Source of the DNA: Nitrococcus mobilis Nb-231
GTDB taxonomy: Bacteria; Pseudomonadota; Gammaproteobacteria; Nitrococcales; Nitrococcaceae
Direction: 5' to 3'
Length of the DNA stretch: 32,000 bases
Assembly (NCBI RefSeq): GCF_000153205.1
Contig: NZ_CH672427.1
Location: forward strand, 2,396,342 to 2,428,341
The notes under the pieces: generated by a model
The model's input: the letters and a program-made list of their open reading frames with translations, nothing else
What the model was told of the DNA's origin: nothing
Database searches by the model: none
Position numbers and translations under genes: made by a program
Part shown: positions 15,801 through 25,619 of the stretch, piece after piece
Layout of the letters: each line of letters starts with the position of its first letter
How positions within the stretch are numbered: the stretch's first letter is position 1

Positions 15801-16886
15801 ATGCAAGCCAGCGACCAGCAATATCCGCGAGGTGGGAGTGTGGGGGTTTCCCAGCAGCAACTGTTGCCGGGTGTTTCGCGCACGTTTGCTCTTACCATTC
15901 CGCAGCTTCCCGAGCCGCTTCGAACCTCGGTCACCAATGCTTATCTGCTGTGCCGGATTGCGGATACGATTGAGGACGAGCCTACCTTGAGTGCTCGGCA
16001 GAAGCAGAGCTTTCATGACCGCTTCAACGTCATCGTCGCAGGGGAAGGTGAACCGCCCAGTCGTTTCGCGGCCGATCTCTACCCCATGCTCTCCGAGACG
16101 ATGTCGGCCGATGAACGCGAGCTCATCCGGCAATTGCCCGGGGTCATCGCGATCACCCATTCGCTGCCCGCAAAGGAGCGAGCTGCTCTGGAGCGATGTG
16201 TGCGGATCATGTGCGAAGGAATGCCTTGGTTCCAGCGTAATCGACGGCAGGGTGGACTCGACGACATATTCGAGTTCGAGCGTTACTGTTATTACGTTGC
16301 TGGCGTGGTCGGAGAGATGCTGACGGATTTGTTTTGCCAATATTCCGTCGACATTGCCCATCAACGAGAGCGATTGCGTGCCCTAAGCGTTTCGTTCGGC
16401 GCGGGTCTGCAGATGACCAACATACTAAAGGACGTATGGGAGGATCGCCGGCGGGGTGCGTGCTGGTTGCCCCGTGATGTATTCCAGCAGTTTGGGTTCG
16501 AGCTGTGCGATTTGAGCGAAGCGCATTATGATCCGGCTTTCGGTGCCGGGATTCAAGAGTTGGTGGCGCGGGCTCATGGCCATCTTCGCAACGCGTTGGC
16601 CTACGTGCAGTTGCTTCCTCCGGGCGAGGTTGGTATCCGGCGGTTTTGTCTATGGGCGCTGGCGATGGCGGCGCTTACCCTGCAGCGGCTGAACGCCAAT
16701 CCCGCTTACCGTTCGGGCAGTGAGGTGAAGATATCGCGCCGCGCCGTTCGCGCAACAATGCTGAGCTTCGGCTTGGCAGCCGGGCGGGATACCATGTTGC
16801 GGCGCCTCTTCGACTGGGCGGCCCGCGGATTACCATTACGCAGTGTGGATTGCACGGTGGTGGAACGTAGGCAGGTCAGGGTCTGA
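15801..16886 (+). CDS. sqs: squalene synthase (farnesyl-diphosphate farnesyltransferase, single-enzyme Sqs type)
   Basis: 361 aa of the squalene/phytoene synthase family. The N-terminal block SRTFALTIPQLPEPLRTSVTNAYLLCRIADTIEDE parallels the eukaryote-type SQS signature (SRSF...LRALDTxED). The second Asp-rich region YCYYVAGVVGEMLTDL is present. It lies directly upstream of shc. An alternative GTG start exists at 15837. Confidence 0.82.
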   Translation: MQASDQQYPRGGSVGVSQQQLLPGVSRTFALTIPQLPEPLRTSVTNAYLLCRIADTIEDEPTLSARQKQSFHDRFNVIVAGEGEPPSRFAADLYPMLSETMSADERELIRQLPGVIAITHSLPAKERAALERCVRIMCEGMPWFQRNRRQGGLDDIFEFERYCYYVAGVVGEMLTDLFCQYSVDIAHQRERLRALSVSFGAGLQMTNILKDVWEDRRRGACWLPRDVFQQFGFELCDLSEAHYDPAFGAGIQELVARAHGHLRNALAYVQLLPPGEVGIRRFCLWALAMAALTLQRLNANPAYRSGSEVKISRRAVRATMLSFGLAAGRDTMLRRLFDWAARGLPLRSVDCTVVERRQVRV

Positions 16887-16946
16887 CCTGCTCTTTTCCA
16901 TGATCGCCTGCGTCTGGTTCCTGCGCGTCTTTAGTTGGAGAACTGT

Positions 16947-18914
16947 ATGAGATCGATGGAGCAACAGCCCGAGCTGATCTCTGGGGGGGTAGGCGGTGTC
17001 GCTTATCCATGGGATCTTGGCTCGCAAGCGATCGAAGAGGCGATCCTTGCGGCTCGCGCGGCTTTGTTGGCCCATCTGCACCCGGACGGTTACTGGTGTT
17101 TTGAGCTCGAAGCCGACTGCACCATCCCGGCCGAGTACATCATGATGATGCATTACACCGGGGAGCTCGAGGCGGCGCTGGAGCTGAAGCTGGCCCGCTA
17201 TATCCGTGAATGTCAGCTCCAGGAAGGCGGTTGGCCGCTCTACTATGGCGGTGCCATGGATATTAGCTGCTCGGTAAAGGCGTATTTCGCCTTGAAGTTG
17301 GCCGGGGACGACCCCGAGGCGGCGCATATGCGCCGCGCGCGCAAGGCTGTCCTCGAGCGCGGTGGAGCGGTCAACGCCAATGTCTTCACACACATCGCCC
17401 TGGCTCTTTTTGGTGAAATCCCCTGGCGCGGCGTGCCGTTTATGCCGCCGGAGATCCTGCTTTTACCCCGTTGGTTTCCGTTCCATCTGAGCAAGGTCTC
17501 CTATTGGTCGCGCACGGTTATGGTGCCTTTGTTCATTCTGGCCGCGCACAAGCCGCGGGCGCGCAATCCGCGCGCGATACATATCAGCGAGCTCTTCGTT
17601 ACCGATCCGCAGCTTGAGACCGGATATTTCAAGGCGCGTTCTCGCCTTAACCGCCTGTTTATTACCCTCGATGCGCTGGGGCGGCGCATCGAGCCGTTCA
17701 TTCCCCGAGCAGTGCGTGCCAAGGCCTTACGCCGGGCCGCCGAGTGGTTTATAACGCGTCTCAACGGTGAGCACGGCTTAGGCGCGATTTTCCCGGCCAT
17801 GGTCAACTCTTACGAAGCGCTTGAACTGTTGGGGTATGCAGCCGATCATCCTCTTCGACAGCAGGTTCGCAAGGGATTGCGCGATCTGGTAGTCGAACAA
17901 GCTGATCGAGCTTACTGTCAGCCCTGCTTATCCCCGATTTGGGATACTGCGCTGGCTTGTCTCGCCCTGCAGGAAGCCGACCGTGGCAGCAGCAGCGCGC
18001 AGGTTCGCCACGCCTTGGATTGGCTGCAGGCCCGTCAGTTGTTGGATACACCGGGAGACTGGTCTGAGCAGCACCCGAGCCTTCCGGGTGGGGGATGGCC
18101 GTTTCAGTTTCGCAACGATCATTACCCGGATCTGGATGACACCGCCATTGTGGCCTGGGCTATGCAGCGCGCCTCGGACCCCGAGCGCTATGGTGCTGCC
18201 ATTCGCCGGGCGACAGTTTGGTTGCTCGGTATGCAATCCGCCAACGGCGGCTTTGCGGCATTCGACTCCGATAATACGCGCTATTACCTCAACGAAATCC
18301 CGTTCGCCGACCACGGCGCTTTGCTTGACCCGCCGACGAGCGATGTGACCGCCCGCGTAGTGGCATTGCTCGGTAGTTTGGATGGGGAAGTGCACGATCG
18401 TAGTGCTTTGAATCGCGCCGTTGCGTTTCTGCATCGTGAGCAGGAAGCCGAGGGTTGCTGGTACGGGCGCTGGGGTACCAATTATATCTACGGCACGTGG
18501 TCGGTTCTGACCGCACTCGAGCAACTCGGCTACGATTTTAATGCACCCTGGGTGCGCAAGGCCGTGATTTGGTTGAAGAGCGTGCAGCGGGATGACGGCG
18601 GTTGGGGAGAGAGCAACGATACCTATCTGGACCACCGGCCCCAAGATAGGCAAGCCGACGAGAGCACACCGTTTCAGACGGCTTGGGCGGTGCTTGCGCT
18701 TATTGCCGCAGGGGAATGCCGCTCGCCCGAAGTATGGCGGGGGGTGGAATATCTGCTACGCCACCAGCGCCCCGATGGGCTTTGGTACTGCCCTTGGTTT
18801 ACAGCGCCGGGATTTCCGCGGGTCTTTTATCTCAAATATCATGGTTATGACGCGTATTTCCCATTGATGGCGCTGGCTCGTTATCGAAACTGTGTTTTGG
18901 ACAACGACGCGTGA
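16947..18914 (+). CDS. shc: squalene-hopene cyclase
   Basis: ~655 aa from ATG 16947, with GGAG 6 nt upstream; the track start at 16935 is a TTG. The catalytic DxDD motif (YPDLDDTAIVAW) is present. Repeated QW-type motifs include QLQEGGWP, QSANGGFAAF, EQEAEGCWYGRWG, QRDDGGWGE and QRPDGLW. Confidence 0.95.
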   Translation: MRSMEQQPELISGGVGGVAYPWDLGSQAIEEAILAARAALLAHLHPDGYWCFELEADCTIPAEYIMMMHYTGELEAALELKLARYIRECQLQEGGWPLYYGGAMDISCSVKAYFALKLAGDDPEAAHMRRARKAVLERGGAVNANVFTHIALALFGEIPWRGVPFMPPEILLLPRWFPFHLSKVSYWSRTVMVPLFILAAHKPRARNPRAIHISELFVTDPQLETGYFKARSRLNRLFITLDALGRRIEPFIPRAVRAKALRRAAEWFITRLNGEHGLGAIFPAMVNSYEALELLGYAADHPLRQQVRKGLRDLVVEQADRAYCQPCLSPIWDTALACLALQEADRGSSSAQVRHALDWLQARQLLDTPGDWSEQHPSLPGGGWPFQFRNDHYPDLDDTAIVAWAMQRASDPERYGAAIRRATVWLLGMQSANGGFAAFDSDNTRYYLNEIPFADHGALLDPPTSDVTARVVALLGSLDGEVHDRSALNRAVAFLHREQEAEGCWYGRWGTNYIYGTWSVLTALEQLGYDFNAPWVRKAVIWLKSVQRDDGGWGESNDTYLDHRPQDRQADESTPFQTAWAVLALIAAGECRSPEVWRGVEYLLRHQRPDGLWYCPWFTAPGFPRVFYLKYHGYDAYFPLMALARYRNCVLDNDA

Positions 18915-19657
18915 GCCGAATCGGCATAGTGAGCGCCCTGGCGGTCGAAGCCCGCTGCCTGCCAAGTCGCCGCGGGTTGTTTGGATGGCGGAATGCACTG
19001 CCCGCTGAGGCAATGCTGGGGGTATCAGGCCCCGGCGCCATACGTGCACAGCGCATGGCCGAGCAATTGGTGGCGCGAGGCGCTACGCAATTGGTCAGTT
19101 GGGGGTTGGCGGGTGGGCTGGATCCCGGGATTGCCCCCGGTACGCTGATCGCTACCGATCGGGTAGTGGTTGCTCGCGGTGGAGAATATCCTACCGACAA
19201 AGGTTGGCGGCAACGCATCCTCTCCGTTCTCCCGCGACAGGTGGCGGCGCTCGAAGCACCGCTACTTGCGAGCGAGAACATCGTCGCAACCTCGGCGGAC
19301 AAGACTGCATTGCGTCGCCGTTATGCGGCGGTTGCGGTCGATATGGAGAGCGGTGGCATCGCTTGGGTGGCAAGCCAGCACCGATTGCCGTTATTGGTGC
19401 TGCGGGTGGTCGTGGACCCGGCTGCTATGGCGCTGCCCCCGGTGCTTGCCGAGCTCGTGACGAGCGATGGAGGAGTGCGTCTATCCGGCCTGGCCGGCCT
19501 CCTGATCCGCCGGCCAAGCGTACTGTGGCCATTGCTCGAGCTTGCTTGGAATGCTCGGATCGCCACTTCGACCTTACGACGGATCGCGCCGATAGTGACG
19601 GATCGTGGTGTTTGGCTCTCGGCCGCAGCTGAGGGCAGCCTCCCATTACCGTCTTGA
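18911..19657 (+). CDS. hpnG: hopanoid-associated phosphorylase/nucleosidase HpnG
   Basis: 248 aa of the PNP/MTAN-like family, with N-terminus RIGIVSALAVEARCL and the block VAVDMESGGIA. The GTG start overlaps the shc stop (GTGA). Its position after shc is typical of hpn clusters. Confidence 0.82.
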   Translation: MSRIGIVSALAVEARCLPSRRGLFGWRNALPAEAMLGVSGPGAIRAQRMAEQLVARGATQLVSWGLAGGLDPGIAPGTLIATDRVVVARGGEYPTDKGWRQRILSVLPRQVAALEAPLLASENIVATSADKTALRRRYAAVAVDMESGGIAWVASQHRLPLLVLRVVVDPAAMALPPVLAELVTSDGGVRLSGLAGLLIRRPSVLWPLLELAWNARIATSTLRRIAPIVTDRGVWLSAAAEGSLPLPS

Positions 19658-19690
19658 ATTCTGCCCCCATGCAGTAATTCCCGGTCAACG

Positions 19691-19780
19691 CTTAACAAAC
19701 TGATTTAGAAGTATATTTTCTGGAGTTTTTTGCAAATCTAAAAGCACGAAATACATATATTTCAACAAGTTATAGAAAGA
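19691..19780. other. sharply AT-rich core of the hpnG/dxs convergent intergenic region
   Basis: A hand count gives 23 G/C in 90 nt, against visibly GC-rich flanks. A T8 run at 19827-19834 follows further downstream, preceded only by a weak 4-bp stem (TGAC-catt-GTCA). Confidence 0.8.
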
Positions 19781-19860
19781 TTGGCCGGGGATGCTGGCTC
19801 CTCTGTTCTCTTGACCATTGTCACCGTTTTTTTTGCTTCCTCAATCAGCGACGAGCCTCT

Positions 19861-21819
19861 TTAAGGCTTAGCCGCCGGGTGCTTTTGGGTGTCTGAGCTG
19901 ATCTTTCCCGGGCCATATATCCGGGGTTTGCGGCGGGGCTGTGCGCCGACTATATGCTGTGCTCGGCTATCGTTTTGCAGTGTGGCCAGGATTCCGTCGG
20001 CATCGAGTCCAAGCTCCGTTAACTGCTCTTCCTGGCTGGCGTGATCGATAAAGCGATCGGGTAGCCCGAGCTGCAGCAACGGAATACTGATGCCTTCTTT
20101 GGCCAAAGCCTCGCCGACCGCACTGCCCGCGCCTGCGGCGATGACATTGTCCTCGACGGTTACGATGAGGTCGTGACCCGCGGCAAGTTCGGTGAGCAGC
20201 TTCGTATCCAGCGGCTTTACGAAACGCATATTGACCACGGTTGCTCCCAAGCGCTCGCCCACCTGTAGACATGCCGATAGGAGAGTGCCGAAGGCTAGTA
20301 TGGCAATACCTGAACCCGACCGGCGTATCTGCGCCTTGCCGATCGGCAGCGCGCGCATCTCCGAGCCGATCGCCACTCCCGTGCCTTTGCCGCGCGGGTA
20401 GCGCACGGCTGCCGGTCCGTCGAGCAGGAAACCGGTATAAAGCATCTGTCGACACTCGTGCTCATCCGCCGGCGCCATAATGACCATGTTCGGTACGCAG
20501 CGCATAAAGCTCAGGTCAAAGGCGCCTTGGTGGGTTGCGCCATCGGCGCCTACCGCCCCGGCTCGGTCCACCGCAAAGAGTACCGGCAGATTCTGCAGCG
20601 CCACATCGTGGATGAGCTGATCATAGGCCCGTTGCAGGAAGGTGGAATAAATAGCCACCACAGGCTTCAAGCCATCGGCGGCCATGCCGGCGGCAAGCGT
20701 TACGCTGTGTTGCTCGGCTATGGCGGTGTCGAAGTAACGCTCCGGAAAGCACTCGGAAAAACGCACCAACCCTGAGCCTTCGCGCATCGCGGGGGTGATG
20801 GCGACCAAGCGCTGATCGCGGACCGCCATGTCGCAAAGCCAGTCGCCGAATACCTGGCTGTAGGTCGGGCTTGAGGGGGGCGTGCTCGATTTGCGTATTC
20901 CAACCTTGGGGTCGAACGGCGAGACACCATGGTATTGGACCTGATCGGCCTCCGCCGGTGGGTAGCCTTTGCCTTTGCGGGTCACGACGTGCAATAGCCG
21001 CGGCCCTTGCTGCATGCGCAGATTGCGCAGCGTGTGGATCAGCGTTGGCAGATGGTGGCCATCGATCGGTCCAAAATAGCGAAAGCCGAGCTCCTCGAAC
21101 AGCGTGCCGGGCACGACCAATCCCTTGGTGTGGGTTTCGACCCGTTTGGCGAGTTCCCACATCGGCGGTACCGTCTGCAGGATACGTTTGCCGCCTTCGC
21201 GCAACGCTGTGTACTGCCGGCTCGAAGCACAGCGGGCGAGATAGTTGGTCAGACCGCCGACATTGCGCGAGATGGACATTTCATTGTCGTTGAGGATCAC
21301 CAGCAGATCCGGATGCCGATCACCCGCATGGTTGAGGGCTTCATAGGCCATTCCGCAGGTCATGCCACCATCGCCGAGCACGGCCACGGCCCGCCGTTGC
21401 GAATTATGCTGCGCGGCGGCGAGGGCCATGCCGAGTGCCGCGCCGATCGCGGTGCCTGCATGGCCTACGGCGAACGTGTCATACGGGCTTTCGTCGCGGT
21501 GCGGAAAAGGCGCCAGGCCGCCGTGCTTGCGGATCGTGTGCAGCCGCTCCCGCCGGCCGGTCAGAATCTTGTGTGGATAAGCTTGATGTCCAACATCCCA
21601 TACCAGACGGTCGTCCGGGGTTTCAAATACGTAATGCAGCGCGATGGTCAGCTCTACGGCACCGAGTCCGGCGCCGAGATGGCCACCGTTACCGGAAACC
21701 GTCTCCAGCAAAAATTCCCGCAGCTCCCGCGCGAGAACCGGCAGCTGCGATTCGGGCAGTTGCCGAAGGGCCTCGGGATACATCACGGATTCCAGCAGGG
21801 AGTGCGCCATAGCGAACAC
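19861..21819 (-). CDS. dxs: 1-deoxy-D-xylulose-5-phosphate synthase
   Basis: 652 aa with a typical Dxs N-terminus ([48 protein letters not shown]) and the TPP-binding block [18 protein letters not shown]. The start is GTG 21819 or ATG 21810. About 25 aa of basic C-terminal tail extend beyond the usual family end. Confidence 0.95.
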   Translation of the reverse strand: MFAMAHSLLESVMYPEALRQLPESQLPVLARELREFLLETVSGNGGHLGAGLGAVELTIALHYVFETPDDRLVWDVGHQAYPHKILTGRRERLHTIRKHGGLAPFPHRDESPYDTFAVGHAGTAIGAALGMALAAAQHNSQRRAVAVLGDGGMTCGMAYEALNHAGDRHPDLLVILNDNEMSISRNVGGLTNYLARCASSRQYTALREGGKRILQTVPPMWELAKRVETHTKGLVVPGTLFEELGFRYFGPIDGHHLPTLIHTLRNLRMQQGPRLLHVVTRKGKGYPPAEADQVQYHGVSPFDPKVGIRKSSTPPSSPTYSQVFGDWLCDMAVRDQRLVAITPAMREGSGLVRFSECFPERYFDTAIAEQHSVTLAAGMAADGLKPVVAIYSTFLQRAYDQLIHDVALQNLPVLFAVDRAGAVGADGATHQGAFDLSFMRCVPNMVIMAPADEHECRQMLYTGFLLDGPAAVRYPRGKGTGVAIGSEMRALPIGKAQIRRSGSGIAILAFGTLLSACLQVGERLGATVVNMRFVKPLDTKLLTELAAGHDLIVTVEDNVIAAGAGSAVGEALAKEGISIPLLQLGLPDRFIDHASQEEQLTELGLDADGILATLQNDSRAQHIVGAQPRRKPRIYGPGKISSDTQKHPAAKP

Positions 21820-22161
21820 CTTCCATACTCAGCGGTTAACCTTGATCGTTTCTTTGGCGCCTATTGTGACTGTGGTTGCGATGAACAGCTACCGCCAGCA
21901 CAATCGGCCGTTATGCCACCAGTTGCGAATCAGGTTGCACTACAGGGGCATAGAAAATCGACTTCATCTGCCAACTTAGGCTTGAATGGTCAAGCGGTCT
22001 AGTGCTACACGTGACATAACGCGCGCGGTTTGTTGCTCTGGGCATTGTTGCCGCCGTTGCGCCGACGAGTCGATGGGACGCAAAACTACCACAGTCCCGC
22101 CGCTAGGAGTGTGGCAAAATTGTCGACAAACTGTCGGACCCGATACTGAGCCGTGTGTGCA

Positions 22162-23082
22162 ATGGATGTGATATTGGCTCAACCCCGTGGATTTTGTGCC
22201 GGCGTGGTTCGCGCCGTCGAGATCGTCGAAAGTGCTTTGGCACTCCACGGCGCCCCGGTCTACGTGTTGCACGAGATCGTGCACAATCAGCATGTGGTAC
22301 GGGATCTCAGCGAGCGTGGCGCAATCTTCGTGGAGTCCGTGGAGGAGGTTCCCGCGCAATCGGTCATCATATTCAGCGCTCACGGGGTTGCCAATGCCGT
22401 AGCCCAGCGAGCGCGTGGGCGGGGCCTGCGGGTGATCGATGCGACCTGCCCACTGGTAACCAAAGTCCATCGGCAGGCGCAGCGCTATCGTGACGCGGGT
22501 CGTGAACTCATCATCATAGGCCATGGCGGACACCCTGAAGTGCAGGGCACCCGCGGTCGAGTGGACGGGCCGGTGCACGTGATTGCAACGTTGGAGGACG
22601 TCGATGCATTGCAAGTTCAGGATCCGCAGGCGCTCGCCTACGTCACTCAGACGACCTTGAGTCTCGATGACACCCATGAGGTTGTCACGGCGCTCAAGGC
22701 CCGATTCCCGAAAATTCAGGGCCCCGGTCTGAACGACATCTGTTACGCTACTCAAAATCGTCAGAATGCGGTGCGTGAGCTGACCGCGCAAGTCGATGTG
22801 TTGCTCGTGGTCGGGGCTCGCAACAGCTCCAATTCCAATCGTTTGCGCGAGGTTGGCGAACAGATGGGAGTTCGTTCCTACCTGGTGCAGACTGAGGATG
22901 ATCTGGAGCCGGAGTGGTTCTCTGCCTGTACCCGGGTAGGTATAACCGCGGGGGCGTCGGCCCCGGAAGTGCTGGTGCAGAGGGTACTCGAGCGATTGCG
23001 CGCGCTTGGCGCCGATGCAGTCGCGGAGCTCGATGGCGTGAAGGAAGCGACGCGCTTCCGGTTACCACCCATGTTGGATTGA
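22162..23082 (+). CDS. ispH: 4-hydroxy-3-methylbut-2-enyl diphosphate reductase
   Basis: The typical N-terminus [23 protein letters not shown] starts at ATG 22162. Conserved blocks are [22 protein letters not shown], GHx[14 protein letters not shown] and SSNSNRL. Confidence 0.95.
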   Translation: MDVILAQPRGFCAGVVRAVEIVESALALHGAPVYVLHEIVHNQHVVRDLSERGAIFVESVEEVPAQSVIIFSAHGVANAVAQRARGRGLRVIDATCPLVTKVHRQAQRYRDAGRELIIIGHGGHPEVQGTRGRVDGPVHVIATLEDVDALQVQDPQALAYVTQTTLSLDDTHEVVTALKARFPKIQGPGLNDICYATQNRQNAVRELTAQVDVLLVVGARNSSNSNRLREVGEQMGVRSYLVQTEDDLEPEWFSACTRVGITAGASAPEVLVQRVLERLRALGADAVAELDGVKEATRFRLPPMLD

Positions 23083-23144
23083 CCGAGCGGTGCGAGCATT
23101 TGAATTTTACTTACCCCTCTTCGGTCTAGGGAAGGAAGTTTATT

Positions 23145-24302
23145 ATGGGCATCCCGCTGATCCAGAAGTATCGGATCGGTCGTTATATTCTCTCCAAGCG
23201 ACTCAAGGGCGAACGGCGTTACCCGCTGGTGTTGATGCTTGAGCCGTTGTTCCAGTGCAATCTGGCGTGTGCCGGTTGCGGCAAGATTGATTATCCCAGC
23301 GAGATTTTGCGCAAGCGCTTGAGTGTTGAGCAGGCACTCGGCGCGGTGGACGAGTGCAATGCGCCCGTGGTCTCCATTCCCGGAGGCGAGCCCTTGATCC
23401 ACAAAGAAATGCCGCGCATCGTCGAGGGGATCATCGCACGCAAAAAATTCGTCTATCTCTGTACGAACGCAATTTTGTTGGCGAAGAAGCTGGATGACTA
23501 CCGGCCCTCACCGTATCTGACGTTCTCGGTGCATTTGGACGGCAACCGCGAGCGGCACGACGAATCGGTTTGTCAGGAAGGTGTGTTCGACAAGGCGGTC
23601 GCCGCCATCCGCAAGGCGAGGGATCGCGGGTTTCGGGTCAACATCAACTGTACCCTTTTTCAGGGCGAAGACCCGGCCGCGGTCGCCGATTTCTTCGACT
23701 TTGTTACCGAACTCGGCGTCGAGGGTATTACAGTATCCCCAGGCTATAGCTACGAGCGCGCACCGCGCGATGATGTTTTTCTAGCTCGCAGCCAGAGCAA
23801 GCACTTGTTTCGTGAGGTCTTCCGTCGTGGCTACCGCCGTCGCCGGCGGTGGCCGCTGAGCCATTCCGCGTTGTTCTTGGATTTCTTGGCGGGCAATCAA
23901 ACCTACGAGTGCACGCCCTGGAGCAATCCCACCTACAATGTCTTCGGCTGGCAAAGACCGTGCTACCTTCTGGCGGATGAAGGCTACGCAGCTACGTTCA
24001 AGGAACTCATGGAGGAGACCGACTGGGAGCGCTATGGCACCGGACGAAACCCGAAATGCGACAACTGCATGGCCCACTGCGGTTATGAGGGAAGCGCGGT
24101 AGCCGACACTCTGTTGCACCCTTGGAAAGCGCTTGGGGTGAGCTTGCGTGGCCCGCGTACTCGAGGTCCGATGGCACCGGAGGTGCCGATTCGTTATATC
24201 CGGGAGGAGTTTGCGGCCCGCGCCGATGAGGTTCGGATACCAGTGGAGCGCATCACCCAGAGCGAGTCGCGCGCGGCTGTGCGGTCCGGGGCGCAGCGCT
24301 GA
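23145..24302 (+). CDS. hpnH: adenosyl-hopene transferase HpnH (radical SAM)
   Basis: 385 aa. The N-terminus IGRYILSKRLKGERRYPLVLMLEPLFQCNLACAGCGKIDYP carries the CxxxCxxC radical-SAM cluster motif. GAAGGAAG lies upstream of the ATG. The gene sits in a hopanoid gene context. Confidence 0.92.
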   Translation: MGIPLIQKYRIGRYILSKRLKGERRYPLVLMLEPLFQCNLACAGCGKIDYPSEILRKRLSVEQALGAVDECNAPVVSIPGGEPLIHKEMPRIVEGIIARKKFVYLCTNAILLAKKLDDYRPSPYLTFSVHLDGNRERHDESVCQEGVFDKAVAAIRKARDRGFRVNINCTLFQGEDPAAVADFFDFVTELGVEGITVSPGYSYERAPRDDVFLARSQSKHLFREVFRRGYRRRRRWPLSHSALFLDFLAGNQTYECTPWSNPTYNVFGWQRPCYLLADEGYAATFKELMEETDWERYGTGRNPKCDNCMAHCGYEGSAVADTLLHPWKALGVSLRGPRTRGPMAPEVPIRYIREEFAARADEVRIPVERITQSESRAAVRSGAQR

Positions 24303-24324
24303 TTCAGGGAGCGTCGCGTTCAAG

Positions 24325-25446
24325 GTGCTCTGGACGGCTTATTCGGCTTTGTTGGGGGCGGTTTTATGGCTGAGCGTGCTCGCCGCGCCGTGGCGACCCT
24401 GGAGCACACAGGAACGCCTGGATGAGGCCTGGGGCGATGTCGGGCAGGGCGCTGATCTACGTGATATCACGGTTTTGATTCCAGCGCGCAACGAAGTGCA
24501 GGTGATCGCTCGCTGTTTGTCTGCACTCGGCGCGCAGGGCAAGGATTTGCGGGTCGTGATCGTCGACGATCAGTCTACGGACGCTACCGTAGCGGCCATT
24601 CCCGCGTTGCCAGCTCTGCGCCTCGAGGTTATCGCTGGTCGGCCGCTGCCGGAAGGTTGGGCCGGCAAGCTTTGGGCCTTGGAGCAAGGGCTGCAGCGAG
24701 TTCACACGCCATTTACCTTGTTGCTCGATGCCGATATCGTGCTGGCTCCCGGGCTGGTGGCCATATTGCGTGCTCGCCTTCTGCAGCAGGGCTTGGATTT
24801 GATCTCGGTCATGCCGTGGTTGCGCATGCAGGCTTTTTGGGAGCGGCTGCTCATCCCGGCGTTTATCTTTTTTTTCAAATTGTTGTATCCGTTTCGGCTC
24901 GCCAATTCCGGCTCGGCGCGTTTTGCCGCCGCCGCGGGTGGTTGCATCCTGCTGCGTACCGAGGCCTTGCATCGCATCGGCGGTTTTGCGGCCCTGCGTG
25001 GTGCGCTCATCGATGACTGTACTCTGGCGCGGCGAGTCAAGGTGGCCGGAGGGCTGACCTGGATCGGTCTGACGCGCAGCGCGTGGAGTCTGCGCAGCTA
25101 CCGGCGCCTGAGCGAGCTCTGGAATATGGTCGCGCGTTCGGCCTTTACTCAGTTGCGCTACTCGACCGTCCTCCTGTTTGCGTGCACGCTCATAATGATG
25201 ATCGGTTTCTGGGGTCCTGTGGTCGGGTTGGCCTTGGGGGAGGGGATGGTTCGATGGGTCGGTCTGCTCGGTTGGTCCGCTTTGTGCGTAAGCTATCTAC
25301 CGACGCTGCTGTACTATCGATTGAGCCCGCTGTGGGCGCTGCTGTTGCCGATCATCGCTATGCTGTATCTGGCCATGACTTGGACGTCGGCCGTACGCTA
25401 CTGGCGCGGCATACGCTCGCGCTGGAAAGGGCGCACTTATGTGTGA
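24325..25446 (+). CDS. hpnB: hopene-associated family-2 glycosyltransferase HpnB
   Basis: A GT2 core is present (VLIPARNE, VVIVDDQSTD, EGWAGKLWALEQG, LLLDADI), followed by FWERLLIPAFIFFFKLLYPF, AAAGGCILLRTEAL and LIDDC, with C-terminal TM helices. This pattern matches my memory of the HpnB family. The start is uncertain: GTG 24325 is chosen as the first in-frame start after the hpnH stop. Confidence 0.72.
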   Translation: MLWTAYSALLGAVLWLSVLAAPWRPWSTQERLDEAWGDVGQGADLRDITVLIPARNEVQVIARCLSALGAQGKDLRVVIVDDQSTDATVAAIPALPALRLEVIAGRPLPEGWAGKLWALEQGLQRVHTPFTLLLDADIVLAPGLVAILRARLLQQGLDLISVMPWLRMQAFWERLLIPAFIFFFKLLYPFRLANSGSARFAAAAGGCILLRTEALHRIGGFAALRGALIDDCTLARRVKVAGGLTWIGLTRSAWSLRSYRRLSELWNMVARSAFTQLRYSTVLLFACTLIMMIGFWGPVVGLALGEGMVRWVGLLGWSALCVSYLPTLLYYRLSPLWALLLPIIAMLYLAMTWTSAVRYWRGIRSRWKGRTYV

Positions 25447-25571
25447 GACGCAATTAATTCTGGCTAATCGAAGCGCAGGCTCGGCTGCCATCAACGAGAC
25501 TGCGCTCGTTACGCCTCTTCTTGGATACGAACTTTCAAGGCGGGCGTGATAAGCCTACAGAACCGGGGTGA

Positions 25572-25589
25572 GTTGCCGTGCCCGGCAAC
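25572..25589 (-). terminator. candidate stem-loop downstream of the 25620-26132 gene
   Basis: A 7-bp GC-rich stem, GTTGCCG-tgcc-CGGCAAC, lies ~30 nt past the minus-strand stop at 25620, between convergent genes. No U-tract follows on either strand, so this is weak. Confidence 0.3.
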
Positions 25590-25619
25590 CACAATGGGGC
25601 GCATCGATACCCTAGCGGC

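Noticed and set aside
16836-18653. Minus-strand ORFs at 16836-17393 (185 aa) and 17928-18653 (241 aa).
   Set aside because: Both are antisense to shc, which has clear DxDD and QW motifs. Neither has a recognisable motif.
19685-19756. A 23-codon minus-strand sORF (MYFVLLDLQKTPENILLNQFVKR) in the AT-rich spacer, and a similar 23-codon sORF at 15333-15404 (-).
   Set aside because: Neither has a Shine-Dalgarno-like sequence upstream and neither has any recognisable family. ORFs this short arise easily by chance, especially in AT-rich sequence.
22120-22129. A perfect 10-bp palindrome, TTGTCGACAA, ~30 nt upstream of ispH, followed by the similar TGTCGGAC.
   Set aside because: It is too short to distinguish from chance in 32 kb and contains a common SalI-type core. 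It is noted only as a possible operator, with no support.
21820-22161. Possible TPP riboswitch in the dxs leader, since Dxs is a TPP enzyme. The minus-strand reading contains CCC...GCAACCTGAT, which resembles the THI-box ACCC..GAACCTGAT.
   Set aside because: No CTGAGA element is present. There is also no CTGG...CCAG P4/P5 pairing or GCGTAGGGA-like 3' block. The resemblance is limited to about 8 nt. A covariance-model scan (Rfam RF00059) would settle it.
21007-22791. Long ORFs at 21007-22002 (+, 331 aa) and 21976-22791 (-, 271 aa).
   Set aside because: The first is antisense to dxs and spills into the dxs-ispH intergenic region. The second is antisense to ispH and spills into the same region. 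Neither has family motifs, and they would leave no room for the well-supported dxs and ispH genes.
24148-24324. A 5' extension of the hpnB ORF overlapping the last 155 nt of hpnH.
   Set aside because: The extension is Arg-rich with no GT2 or TM features and lies inside the conserved hpnH C-terminus. The first in-frame start after the hpnH stop (GTG 24325) gives a plausible TM-helix N-terminus, although the start remains uncertain.
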